Part shown: positions 13,806 to 24,722 of the stretch, one piece after another
Layout: each line of letters starts with the position of its first letter
Position numbering within the stretch: the first letter of the stretch is position 1
DNA from: Octopus vulgaris
Lineage: Eukaryota
Direction of reading: 5' to 3'
Length of the DNA stretch: 64,000 bases
Assembly (NCBI GenBank): GCA_951406725.2
Contig: OX597818.1
Coordinates: 13,392,001-13,456,000 of the forward strand
The notes under the pieces: model-generated
Told to the model about the DNA's origin: nothing
What the model saw: the letters and a program-made list of their open reading frames with translations, nothing else
The model's database searches: none
Translations under genes and position numbers: made by a program

Positions 13806-14364
13806 TGCATACAAAGATATATATATATATATATGAAAAAACAAGTCAAGATAGAAAATGCTAAAATAATTTTATAAAGAACATTTTAGTACCGGTTCCG
13901 GTCATTTTAGACATTTTCAACTGTAACTATTAAATGATTATATTTAGAAAAATTAAAAGAAAATTTTTTTTAAAGAATATTGTATAGTGTTCAAATATAA
14001 GTGCGATTTTCCTTGTTTCTGCCTTTCTCTGTCTCTCTTGTTTACTCTTGTGAGTTCAAGGTCCATGTGCATATATATACATGCACAAATACACATGCAT
14101 GCAAAGATGTATATACATATATATATATATATATACATACATATATATGTGTGTGATGGGTGTAGAGGAATCACCACTAGGTGGATTCCTAATATACTAG
14201 AAGAAGACGCCAAATGGTTTAAGCACGAAGAAAATTGTTCTCAAAGCGAGCAAGATAGAAGAAAAGATACAAAATTTGCTGCTAAGCCACATACCAAGAT
14301 TTCGTTGTTATCATTTACATTACGTAAATGCCTGCAACTAATCAATGCGACCGTCAGGAAAATA

Positions 14365-14548
14365 TTGGGTTGTCCGGAAAATACGTGCCGATTTTTAAAG
14401 GAAAGAAAAAAGTCAATAAATACTTGCCATTATATTTTTAATCGACCAAATATGAAACATTTTGTTGCACAATGCGTCTCCATCTTCCCTTTAACCTAAA
14501 AATACCCTCTTCCCAGAATTGAGGTGGTTTCATGGCAAAGAATTCACA
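14365..14548 (-). mobile_element. Mariner 3'-terminal fragment with TIR
   Basis: TA followed by a ttgggttgtccggaaa terminus. The minus strand encodes EFFAMKPPQFWEEGIFRLKGRWRRIVQQNVSYLVD*, a mariner C-terminus. Confidence 0.85.
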
Positions 14549-15780
14549 GTAGTGCAACATAAGACTTGAGTTTCCTTCTTTCTCATGAAAATCTGCCACA
14601 TAAAACTTCCATAGCCATTCTCTCAGTGTCAGCTCTTTGCTGACAAAGTCTCGATTGGTATCGTGCCTGGGTTGTTTGTTTGTCGCTGCTGAATTTGTGG
14701 CAGCGACGTGTTTTCCCTAGAGTCTTGTTTCCTCAGCTGATCAGTATTCCTCCGTGATTCTGTTTCTTGTGGGGTTTCTTTTGCAAGACTTTTCTATGTT
14801 CTCAGCCGATTCACATTACTTCCTGATTCTGGATTTTTCTTTCCATTGCACAGGTTTACTGTGTTCTCATCCGATTCTCATTCTTCCGTGCTTCGGAATC
14901 TTCTGGTCTTTCCATTGCACGGGTTTCCTGTTTCCTCACTCGATCTGCAATTCCCGGTGGCGCTGTTTCTTCTGATGCTTCCATTGCACCGCTTTCATGC
15001 TTTCTTTTGCTTTCTTTCGAGACACTGGAAAGAGCTAGGTACTTTTCTTCAATTAGCGTCTGTTGTCTTTTTTCTTCAATTAGCGTCCGTTGTCTTTGCT
15101 CAACGATCGTTTGTGAACGGGAATTTTTTTCGGGACAGGTTGTTGCCTCTTCTTTTTCCGGAAATAGTGTACTGATGAAAGAGCGATATTTATGAAAATT
15201 ATACGATGAAAGTTTTGAGTTGATTCAGCTAGTATTAGAGCTAATTTCTCTGAAGGGAAGTTTTTACGCTATTTATTGTAAATATTTACCTTGTGTATTT
15301 AATTACAATTAAACCACTCTCGCTAAGCACTACATTAAAGTGCGAACCTATTTTCATGCAGTCGAATGTGCTAAGTTTCCGAAATTTTCATATTTTTACG
15401 TCTGCTATCTCAGAATTCTACGCATGAGTGAAATATCATCAGAAGAACCTACAGACAATAAAATATTCATACACACAACGACGTAAACAGCCATAACAAT
15501 AACTCCGACGGCCGATGGCATGAAAATAGGTCAGACAAATTTTATTAATATCTTAAAAAATACTAAATTTCTAACATTTTTATGGTCAGATTTGTTTAGA
15601 GCAATTCAATCACATTATAATTGCACTTTAATATAGAGTTTGGCGAGTATGGTGTAATTGTAATTTTGACCGAAGACTAACAGTGTTTATATGTTTTTTT
15701 TTGTTTTTCAAAATGACACCGACAGAGACATTTGAAAGAACGCAACCAGTTAAAAGAGAATGAAGTAAGAGAAGTAGCAA

Positions 15781-15811
<31 letters not shown>

Positions 15812-16412
15812 TTATGAGAGGTAACGTTGTATGAGTGAATGAGTTCAATACATAATATATATGAGATAGAAACATGAAAGTAACACCGAAGGAGAAATGG
15901 GAAAGAGCGCAACCGGTAAGGAGATGTAGTAAATATGTAGGAGGGAGAGAGAGAGAGAGAATTATGAGAGGTACCATTTTATGCAATTCTGTCAGTTACC
16001 ACTCCTCACACTACAGCTCTCAATAACAAAAAGTCGTTGTAAGCATTAGGAATAGTAGGAGAATCATTGAATAGTGAGAGAGAACCGGTTAATTTTCGTG
16101 AATCCCATATAGATATTGACACTCAGGTTTCCAACGGTTCCTCATGCAAAATTTGGTAAAAATCGGTTGAGCGGAAGCAATGTGGCCACAAAGTCAAGGA
16201 TCGATTTTACATACATTTACAATTGAATGCAGTCCCCTCAGTTTGGAACAACACCCTTTGGTTTTCGAGAATCCCGTATAGATAGTGAAACTTTTCCGGT
16301 ACCCGCGGTTCGTCATGCCAAGTTTGGTTGAATTTGGTCCAGTGTTTGCGGAGGTATTTGGTAACGAAATTTTGTCACAGACACATACATACGTAAATAC
16401 CGCAATTATAAT
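14549..16412 (-). mobile_element. 5' portion of a Helitron: terminal region plus RepHel N-terminus (STPR-like repeats and Zn-finger start)
   Basis: 69-bp periodic repeat (ttccattgcac at 14841, 14910, 14979), i.e. 23-aa units such as RAMERPEDSEARKNENRMRTQ. These are followed by KETQVLCCTT. Segment 16200-16410 resembles Helitron 5' termini. Confidence 0.65.
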
Positions 16413-16430
16413 ACACACACACACATACAA

Positions 16431-16461
<31 letters not shown>

Positions 16462-16470
16462 CACACACAT

Positions 16471-16518
<48 letters not shown>

Positions 16519-17207
16519 ATAATTATAACATAGTGTGTAATAAAGTACAATATAAATCTCGTCCACGTTCAGATTTCAACCTGTACTATCCAGAAGTAGT
16601 ATTATACGAACTTCCAGGCTTCCATTTGGGCTTATGTCACGTATGAATAAATAATCTGTAAAAATTGGAGTCAACAAGGAGTACGTTAGGACATTTAGTT
16701 TCAATCGCTACAATTTTTTCTATGCAACATAGTTCTCCAGGTGTGCAGGTGCTTGATTATGCTACCGTTTCCTTGCATTATGAGATCTAGTTGTGTATCC
16801 TCAGGTGATATGTAAATAACGTCTCCGTAAGTGTATATTCTGGACATCAATCATCCTCTTTGTCGTGGCCTGGACTTTATAGTAGCTACTGAGTTTACCA
16901 AATGTGTGTTGTTGTTGAAGGTCCGTTGGCAAACTGCTTTGAATGTGTCGATTTAGTGGGATATTGATTATGTTACTGTTAAAGTGGATACCGTTTTAAA
17001 GTGATAGGCATTTGGTTTCTTTGTACTGTTCCTTTGCTCTTCATGGTTGGTTACCCATGCGATTATCATTAGCGCACATTCAAGAATCGGCCAATACATA
17101 CACATACATGGTTGTTCACAGAAACATCCATAAACATACTAACATTTGCACACACACACACACGTACGCACACAAATACACATGCGTATATATGTATATA
17201 TATGTGT

Positions 17208-17250
<43 letters not shown>

Positions 17251-17425
17251 CAGGGTTGGTTAAAGTCACCCGGCAGTAAATCAAAACTATTCAATTTCCA
17301 GATTTATTTATATTTAACAACTGAATACATTGAATAGCAGCATCTAAGTATGAAACATCATGAATATTGTTCAAACCGAAGTCCTTCTGGAGCGACACAT
17401 TTCTCCATTCGAGTCGATGCAAAAT
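17251..17425 (-). mobile_element. Tc1/mariner terminal fragment
   Basis: TA followed by a cagggttgg terminus. The minus strand gives RMEKCVAPEGLRFEQYS*, resembling a transposase C-terminus. Confidence 0.6.
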
Positions 17426-17705
17426 TACAGATAGCATTTATGGAATTTTGATTTACGTTCGGGTCACTTTAGCCAAATCTGCATATGCTCACACATATAT
17501 ACGGATATGTACTCGCACTCACATACGTAAACATACACAAATATAAGTACATGTGCACACACGCATGCACATGCATTCACAGATGCGCGCATGTGTGTAT
17601 ACATACATACATAGCGAGTAAATAATATGTGTAAATTGACGATTTAAAAGTCTGTTATCAGCATATTGGCATAGAAATAATTTTCTTTTGCCCTTATTTA
17701 TAAGT

Positions 17706-17754
<49 letters not shown>

Positions 17755-17959
17755 GTAGATACGTAGATACATGCATCCATGCATACTAAACACGCTTCCA
17801 AGCATACGTACGTATGCATGTATAGAAATACAACCAGAAACACACACACATGGATACAGGGAAGGAAAGAGAGTTCACTAAATTATTATAAGTAATCCAC
17901 TGTTTTGTCACTGCGAATTTGGCACGGTGACAACATGCTGAGATTTTTTCAATATGTTT

Positions 17960-18018
17960 GTTTACCAAGTTTTCGTTGTGTATGTATGTGTGTGTATATA
18001 TATGTGTGTATGTGTATG

Positions 18019-18074
<56 letters not shown>

Positions 18075-18117
18075 TAGGTATGTATCTGTATGTGAGGAGT
18101 ATATGTGTGTGTGTGTA

Positions 18118-18150
<33 letters not shown>

Positions 18151-18476
18151 GTATATTTATTGGTGTATATGTATAGACTAGCCTCCTAAAGTGTAGACAC
18201 GAATCTGTAGGTACGAGTACGTATGTGTATATACGTGAACGTATGTAGATGTTTGTATGTATGAATATAACGCGTGCGTACGTGTATGTGTATGAGTGTA
18301 CGAATGGGTGAATGTACGTGCTAATGAGTGTGCGTGCGGGAATGAGTACTTGCCTTCTAGTAGACAGACAAATGGACATGCTGCCATAGCCAGGATCCTT
18401 AGCTCTAGCGATCAAAGATAACAAAAGTAATAAATGAAGATAATAAAATTAAAATTAGGGAATGGGCCTGTATTGG

Positions 18477-18519
<43 letters not shown>

Positions 18520-18951
18520 GTGTATGTGTAGGTATGTATAGGTACACATGTGTATGTGTATGTGTATGTATATGTGTGTGTATGTATGTGCACACATGTA
18601 TATATATGTATGCGTGTATATGTATATATATATATATATATATGTACATATGTGTATGTGGGTGTATGTATACATAGGTGTAAATATGTGTATATAGGGA
18701 ACTAGGTGTGTTGTGTGTGCATGAGTGTATGTGCGTATGAATATATATTTTTCTGTGTATATATGTATGTGTGGTCGTGGGTATATATATATATACATGT
18801 GTGTATGCGTGCATGCATGGGAGTGAGTGTATGCATATATACGTGTGTGTATGTGTAGACAGGTATATGCATGTGCATGTGTATAAATTTGTATATGTGG
18901 GCGGGTGTATGTATGTGTGTATGTAGATATGTATGTATGTGTGTATATATG

Positions 18952-18990
<39 letters not shown>

Positions 18991-19040
18991 GTGTATATAT
19001 GTGTGTGTAGATACGTATACATGTGTGTATAGGTATAAGT
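17960..19040. repeat. Compound (TA)n/(TG)n/(TATG)n microsatellite field
   Basis: Seen directly. Confidence 0.9.
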
Positions 19041-19337
19041 GAGAATCTCCTTATTTACCTATAACTCTATCCCCCCTTTTTTTATATATATATTTTTTAT
19101 ATATATATTTTTTATATATATTTTTTATTTTTTTATTTTTTTATTTTTTTTATTTTATTTTTTTATTATTTTTTTATTTTTTTATTTATCTATTCTTTCA
19201 TCTAACTTACCACTGACTCCTTGACCACTCCCCCAAGTATGATATTTTGCGCTATGCCTACCCCCAAAAAAAGTCCCCCACCACCACTCCTTTAAACTTG
19301 CCTAAATGTATAAATGCTAATACAATTCTTGTTAAAT

Positions 19338-19388
19338 AGCTTCCTGAAGATTTCTCTTGAATGAAACAGTACTAGTCCTGTAGAAGCT
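19338..19388 (+). ncRNA. Type I hammerhead ribozyme motif, intact core
   Basis: agcttc-CTGAAGA-t ttc(tctt)gaa t-GAAA-cag(tactagtc)ctg-TA-gaagct. Helix I is 6 bp and the cleavage triplet is GUA. Confidence 0.85.
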
Positions 19389-19399
19389 CCTTCTATATA

Positions 19400-19455
<56 letters not shown>

Positions 19456-19629
19456 GTATGTATATATATGTATACATGTGTGTGTGCGTGTGTGGGAGAG
19501 AGAGAGAAAAGGCTGAGTTCTAGTTCATCATTTACTTTGCGGGGCTCCAAATGCCGATTTCTAATAAAGATCCTTCATATTACATTGGTAGCTTACTGTT
19601 GTTAGTATTTTTCGAATATGCAAATGGTA

Positions 19630-20760
19630 CCAGTATAAGGTATGTTATGAGCATTTATAGAACACGTATCCTATAGAAACTCAGCAAACAATTAAATATG
19701 GAGAAGAGAAGGTTTGAACATTAAAAAAAAATAGTCCATGCATACGATCGTTTCGAACGGTAATATTAACATGTAAATAATATGTTAAAATTTAAAAATT
19801 AATTTAGTGATAATTATAATTAAATTCATGACGTATATTTGACATTAAAATATGGATAACCCCTAAGAGTGGATGCTACTGTAGTTTGTAGCCCCAGAAG
19901 GACACCTTCTCCAGCTGGCTATAGACACTTTCTGTGCCCTATCAGTATTTGCAAAAGGAAGCCATCCTTCCCGTCTTCAACTTACGGTACACACGGCCTC
20001 GAGTTTCTGGGTATTGACCCGTCATCGGTGTGTGACAATCACAGTTGTCGATGAGAAGTAGGTTTCCTTCACAAATACTTATACCTTTTCCCTGTATTAA
20101 TAGACACTGATATCGAAAAATATTTATATATTACTGTTCTTCTCAGTGTGAAAAAGAACACATCAGAAGAATACATTGTTACAGAAGTCTAGATGGAGCG
20201 AGTGTCACATAACATATTAGGATATGCATGATATGCTTATGAAAGATAAAACCATGCTAAGATAGTGTTGAGTCCAGTTGTGTATAATCAGGAGACAGCC
20301 TGAGTTCTTCGGCGAAAGAATTACTCTGCTTCTCTGTTCTTCAAATTTATTGTTGAAGATATCATCCACCAGAGAACTGTCAACGCATTTTCAGAGACAA
20401 CTACACACAACACTATCTTAGCATACCGTTATCGTTCATAAGCTTATTATGCATATTCGAATATGTTATGTGACACTCACTCCATATAGTCCTCTGTAAC
20501 AATATAATATTCTTCTGATGCATTCTTTTTGATGTATTCTTTTTTCGCCCCGTGGAGAGCAGTAATATATAAATAATTTAATTATAATTAAATTGATTTC
20601 TAATTTTTTACCATCTTTTTTACATGTTAATATTACCGTTCGAAACAATCGTATGCATGGTGTAAAATTTTTTAATACTTTTAATACCTCTTTTCTCTCT
20701 TTAATTGTTTCTTGAGTAATATAGGATACGTGCTCTATAAAATCTCATAACACACGTTAT
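19630..20760. repeat. Long diverged inverted repeat (PLE pseudo-LTR pair) with an insertion in the left arm
   Basis: 19630-19825 is the reverse complement of about 20575-20760, and 20115-20270 of about 20405-20580. Confidence 0.8.
19828..20100 (-). mobile_element. HHR-bearing non-coding repeat (family also at 35560-35830 and 50390-50722)
   Basis: Shares sequence tgacg(c/t)atatttgccatt...ggatgctactgtagtttgtagccccag...ccagctggctatagacac with the other two loci. Confidence 0.8.
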
Positions 20761-20842
20761 ACATATATAAATATATATCAGGCACGTGCCGTCAATAATT
20801 ATTCAGGGTAGGCAGTTGGAAACCTTTATGTGTATATATACC

Positions 20843-20876
<34 letters not shown>

Positions 20877-20877
20877 C

Positions 20878-20909
<32 letters not shown>

Positions 20910-22227
20910 ATAAACACACACTTTCTATCCCCACTCTCTATCTGATGATTTATTAATCTAATGTAAAATCTATCGATCCAATAATCCCATTTGGCTGAAT
21001 ATTTTATTCCTTAAAAAGCATTATCAACAAATCCTTTATCTTTCTGAAGAGTTATATAATTCTCAATGCACACTGGATTTTTATGCTAAATCTTTTTATC
21101 CGACAATAAAATGACGGAAGTAGAACTACATTTTTACAACGTTGTAGATATTTACTGCACACACGTCTATAAATACATTCGCATTGAAAATATCGAAGTA
21201 TATCTTGCCTGGTGTGGAACTGATAAATATTTCAACGATAGCAATAAACTATATAGCCTAATTGAGCACGGCGTAGTGAAACTAACCCCAGGGTTACAGC
21301 CGTTGAATCATTTATTTCTACTGTCTATACATCGCAAATATAATTCAGATATCAGATCATGCATCCTATAACTGCAAATAACAAACAGCAGTGTCAACAT
21401 AAGCCCGCCAATAAATTAAAATTATTCTTGCCAACCGACATTTTAGGAAGGCGTAAAGTTATTTCAGTTGTTATGCATATAACTACTTTTGTAACGTATA
21501 AGCAATTAAGTTTTGATTGAATAATTATACATATATCTACTTATTTAACTGCATATATTTGCATTGCAATAGGTATTGTGCGTGCCTCTAAAAGGTGTAT
21601 AATTAAAATGAAAAGAGAATAGAATTTCTGAATCAAAGGTTCCAATGAAAAAATATTAAAGAATATGAATATGTATTTCACTTCATTGAAAACAATCTCT
21701 AATGAAAGAAGTATTGAATATAAAATATTATATCTATTATAAGAGAATATTCTAAAACCAGCATTATCAAAGAAATTCTTCAATGCTCTAGCACTTATCG
21801 GAAATAGAAACTATGAATTTGTGGTAGATTAGAGTCGTTAAGATTAAAAACAAAAAAAAAATATGTCGTTTCACATTTGATAATGATAGAATTTACGTCC
21901 CCAATCTTAATTTTCGATATTCATTTCAATTACATTTCAGTACACAAAAGAGATACTCTCAGTGGTCAAATAAGATACTCTGAGTGATCAACACATATAT
22001 TGTGCAAGAAATTCAACAAAAAGTAGATGATTCGCTAAGTTAGAATATAACACAGGGTTAAATTAACGTGCAGGCAAAATACGATTTTCACATTCAGAAA
22101 TAAAAATTTAACTGTATAAAATAATTTGGTTTCTGTTCCGGTAGATATATACCTACATCTACTATTTGCCATTGTTTATTATAGTGACGAAATAACACAT
22201 GTTACAATACGACAATCAAAGATGAAA

Positions 22228-24010
22228 TTTATATTAGACAGAGTCAAACTTATTCTAGAAAACAACACATTCTTCTTCAACGGAAATAATTACATCCAAA
22301 TTAGAGGCACGGCAACTCTGTAATGGGATACTTAGAACAACAACTCTACCAAGAGGTGGAGGTAAACTATAGCACTGGATTTAGAAAGTATATTGAAAAG
22401 GCATGGAAGAGATACCTTGACGACTGCTTCATAATCTGGACATAATCTCTAAATACTCTGGAAGAGTTCAATATCCTCCTGAACAACCTACACCAATCTC
22501 TCCAATTTACAAAGGAGATGAGTAATACCAAATTACCATTCCTAGATATAATGGTAATTAAAAAAGACACCACCATTACCACAGATATATACTATAAACA
22601 TACAGACACACATCAATACCTAAATTTTAAGTCGTGCCATCCACCACATACAAAACGCAATATCCCATACTGCTTAGCCAGAAGAATTTGTACCATTATA
22701 GAAGATGCAAATATCAGGAACAAACACCTAACAGAACTAAGAGAATTTTTGCTTAAACAAAAATACCCATCTCTACTTATAGAAAATGGCATACGGTGGA
22801 CTATAAAAATACCCATACAACAACTTAGGACAACCCAATGAAGAGGAAAACAAGAACAAGTCATACCATTCATAGTGACACACAACCCATGTCACCAGAA
22901 TATCTTCAACATTGCCAAAGCAAACCTACCAATCATTGCCCAAATTAAAAGACATAATCACGGATCGAGCTATGTTTCTTAGTAAAAGACAGCCTAAAAA
23001 CTTGAAAAAATTACAAACAAAGGCAAAATTTGACCTTAGCAACAAAGACCAAACATTCACTGTATCTAAATGCAATGATAGCCGATTTGGCACATGCCAA
23101 TTCATACATACTGGCCAATATATAAACACAAAAACCAGGAAAGTATTCACAAACGCGAATCTGAACTGCAAAAGCAGAAATTTAATTTACTGCATCAAAT
23201 GCCCAAATTGTGAAATGCACTATCAGAACGCTCACGTGTACACCGACTACAGATTAGAGACCCAGAGGTCCGTCAGATACCTTTGAGTAACCACCTAGCA
23301 ACATGTGGTCGGAAAATATATATAATATTTCCATTCTACAAATTACACAGCCCAAGTGAAATCGAGAGGAAACTCAGAGAAAAGAATTTTATTGATAAAT
23401 TCGAACCCAATCAATAATAATAATACTTAGATAGCAGGAAAATTATCTTATTTAGGGTTAAAAGTTCTATTGCCACCACCATCACCACCAGCAACAATAA
23501 TTAAGGTGCTGACAATGATGATGATGACAATTGAAATATAAAATATAAAAATCTCTGTCAAAGGCTATTTACAACATTTCTAAAAATAGCCCAACAATTG
23601 CTGCCTTGGCCAGGGTTAAGATACAGGACTCTTGACATTTCCAACAAAGCGTGACGCCTAAACCAATCAGCTCAACCAACCAATCAGCTTAAGTAATTGA
23701 GTGATACTACACACTGATTGTTCAGAATACAGTTTGCAAAACCTAGCAATCTGGAGCCCACACAGCTGGATTTAAGGCACAGATTCAATCATCTCACTAC
23801 AGTCAAAAATTGTGAAGCATGACTGTCACCACCACTACATGAACCTGAAGATTGCAGAATTTAATGCATGAAAGTACTAGTTCAATCAGAATGAACATTT
23901 AACATTCTATCATTTTATTTTATTTTATTATATTATATTATATTATATTATATCATTATAAGATTGTAAATAAAACTTGAAAATCAGACAAGGTTGGAAT
24001 TCCTTTTGTT
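22228..24010 (+). mobile_element. 5'-truncated Penelope-like element (Neptune-like), RT plus GIY-YIG, disrupted, with 3' pseudo-LTR
   Basis: Motifs ILENNTFFFNGNNYIQIRGTA, WKRYLDDCFIIW, LPFLDI...YYKHTDTHQYLNFKSCHP, and a Cys linker KCNDSRFGTCQFI...NLNCKSRNLIYCIKCPNC. Ends at (TA)n. Confidence 0.92.
23840..23884 (+). ncRNA. Minimal type I hammerhead ribozyme in the PLE pseudo-LTR
   Basis: tgaac-CTGAAGA-t tgca(gaatttaa)tgca t-GAAA-gtac-TA-gttca. Helix III is the palindrome AGUACU. Confidence 0.8.
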
Positions 24011-24469
24011 GATATATATATAGTAACAAATTAAGGAAAGGGTGCAAATTACAAGCAATAAATTAAATAGAGATTCAGTTGACCATTCAATAATTTATTT
24101 ATATGATAATATAACATAATATACTATGAAGATAATATAAGATAACGTAAAAAAATCATTAAGGAATCAAAAGAGCCAACAATTCGTTTAGACTTATATA
24201 CATTATTTCATTTATAATCAATTAATACATACTTGTATAAGTCCTTTCAAAGCATTGGTTATAGGCTGACGAAAATCTGCGTGAAAGGACGGCTGGGTTG
24301 TAAACAAAGTTAATTCAAAAGCCTATGTATTATGAGCATGAGCGTTAACTTTTCAACTACATAGCAATTACAATTATTAAACAACAGAATTATAACGAAC
24401 TAAATAATTAGGTAAGTAAAATCTGCAACTATCGAAATATATTTCTATATATCTCAAATAATATTAAGC

Positions 24470-24625
24470 TTTACGTTTTGAGTTCCAATTCCGCTGAGGT
24501 CGACTTTGACTGTCATCCTTTCTCGGACGATAAATTAAGTAGTTGTTGCGTATTGGGGTCGATCTAACAGACTGAGCCCTTCCACCAAAATTTGGAGCGT
24601 TGTTCCTAGAGTAGAAAAAGAATAC
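24470..24625 (+). mobile_element. 5'-truncated tRNA-derived SINE (same family as 60605-60996)
   Basis: B-box-like gagttccaattcc followed by gaggtcgacttt...catccttt...gataaattaagta core. Confidence 0.75.
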
Positions 24626-24678
24626 TTCCACCGATAAGCGAAATAAATAAAGAAATGTTTTGTCAGTTACCTGAAGCA

Positions 24679-24722
<44 letters not shown>

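Noticed and set aside
17786-19022. Many long ORFs rich in YI/HT/CV (also near 29.2, 50.2, 58.6 and 60.1 kb)
   Set aside because: These are translations of dinucleotide microsatellites, not genes.
20779-22100. Possible hAT relic (caggcacgtgcc...gggtaggcag terminus; similar ends near 24788 and 50785)
   Set aside because: Could not pair the termini, find a TSD, or read clear transposase motifs.
22228-23420. Selenoprotein-type (Naiad) recoding of PLE stop codons
   Set aside because: Both PLEs have C-terminal endonucleases. The disruptions are frameshifts and mixed stops consistent with decay.
23605-23680. tRNA-like sequence on the minus strand
   Set aside because: No cloverleaf or intact B-box. 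No genuine tRNA gene is seen anywhere in the window, only SINE heads.
24258-24326. atagg-CTGACGA...gcctat hammerhead-like segment
   Set aside because: GAAA and helix III cannot be placed convincingly; at best a very decayed motif.
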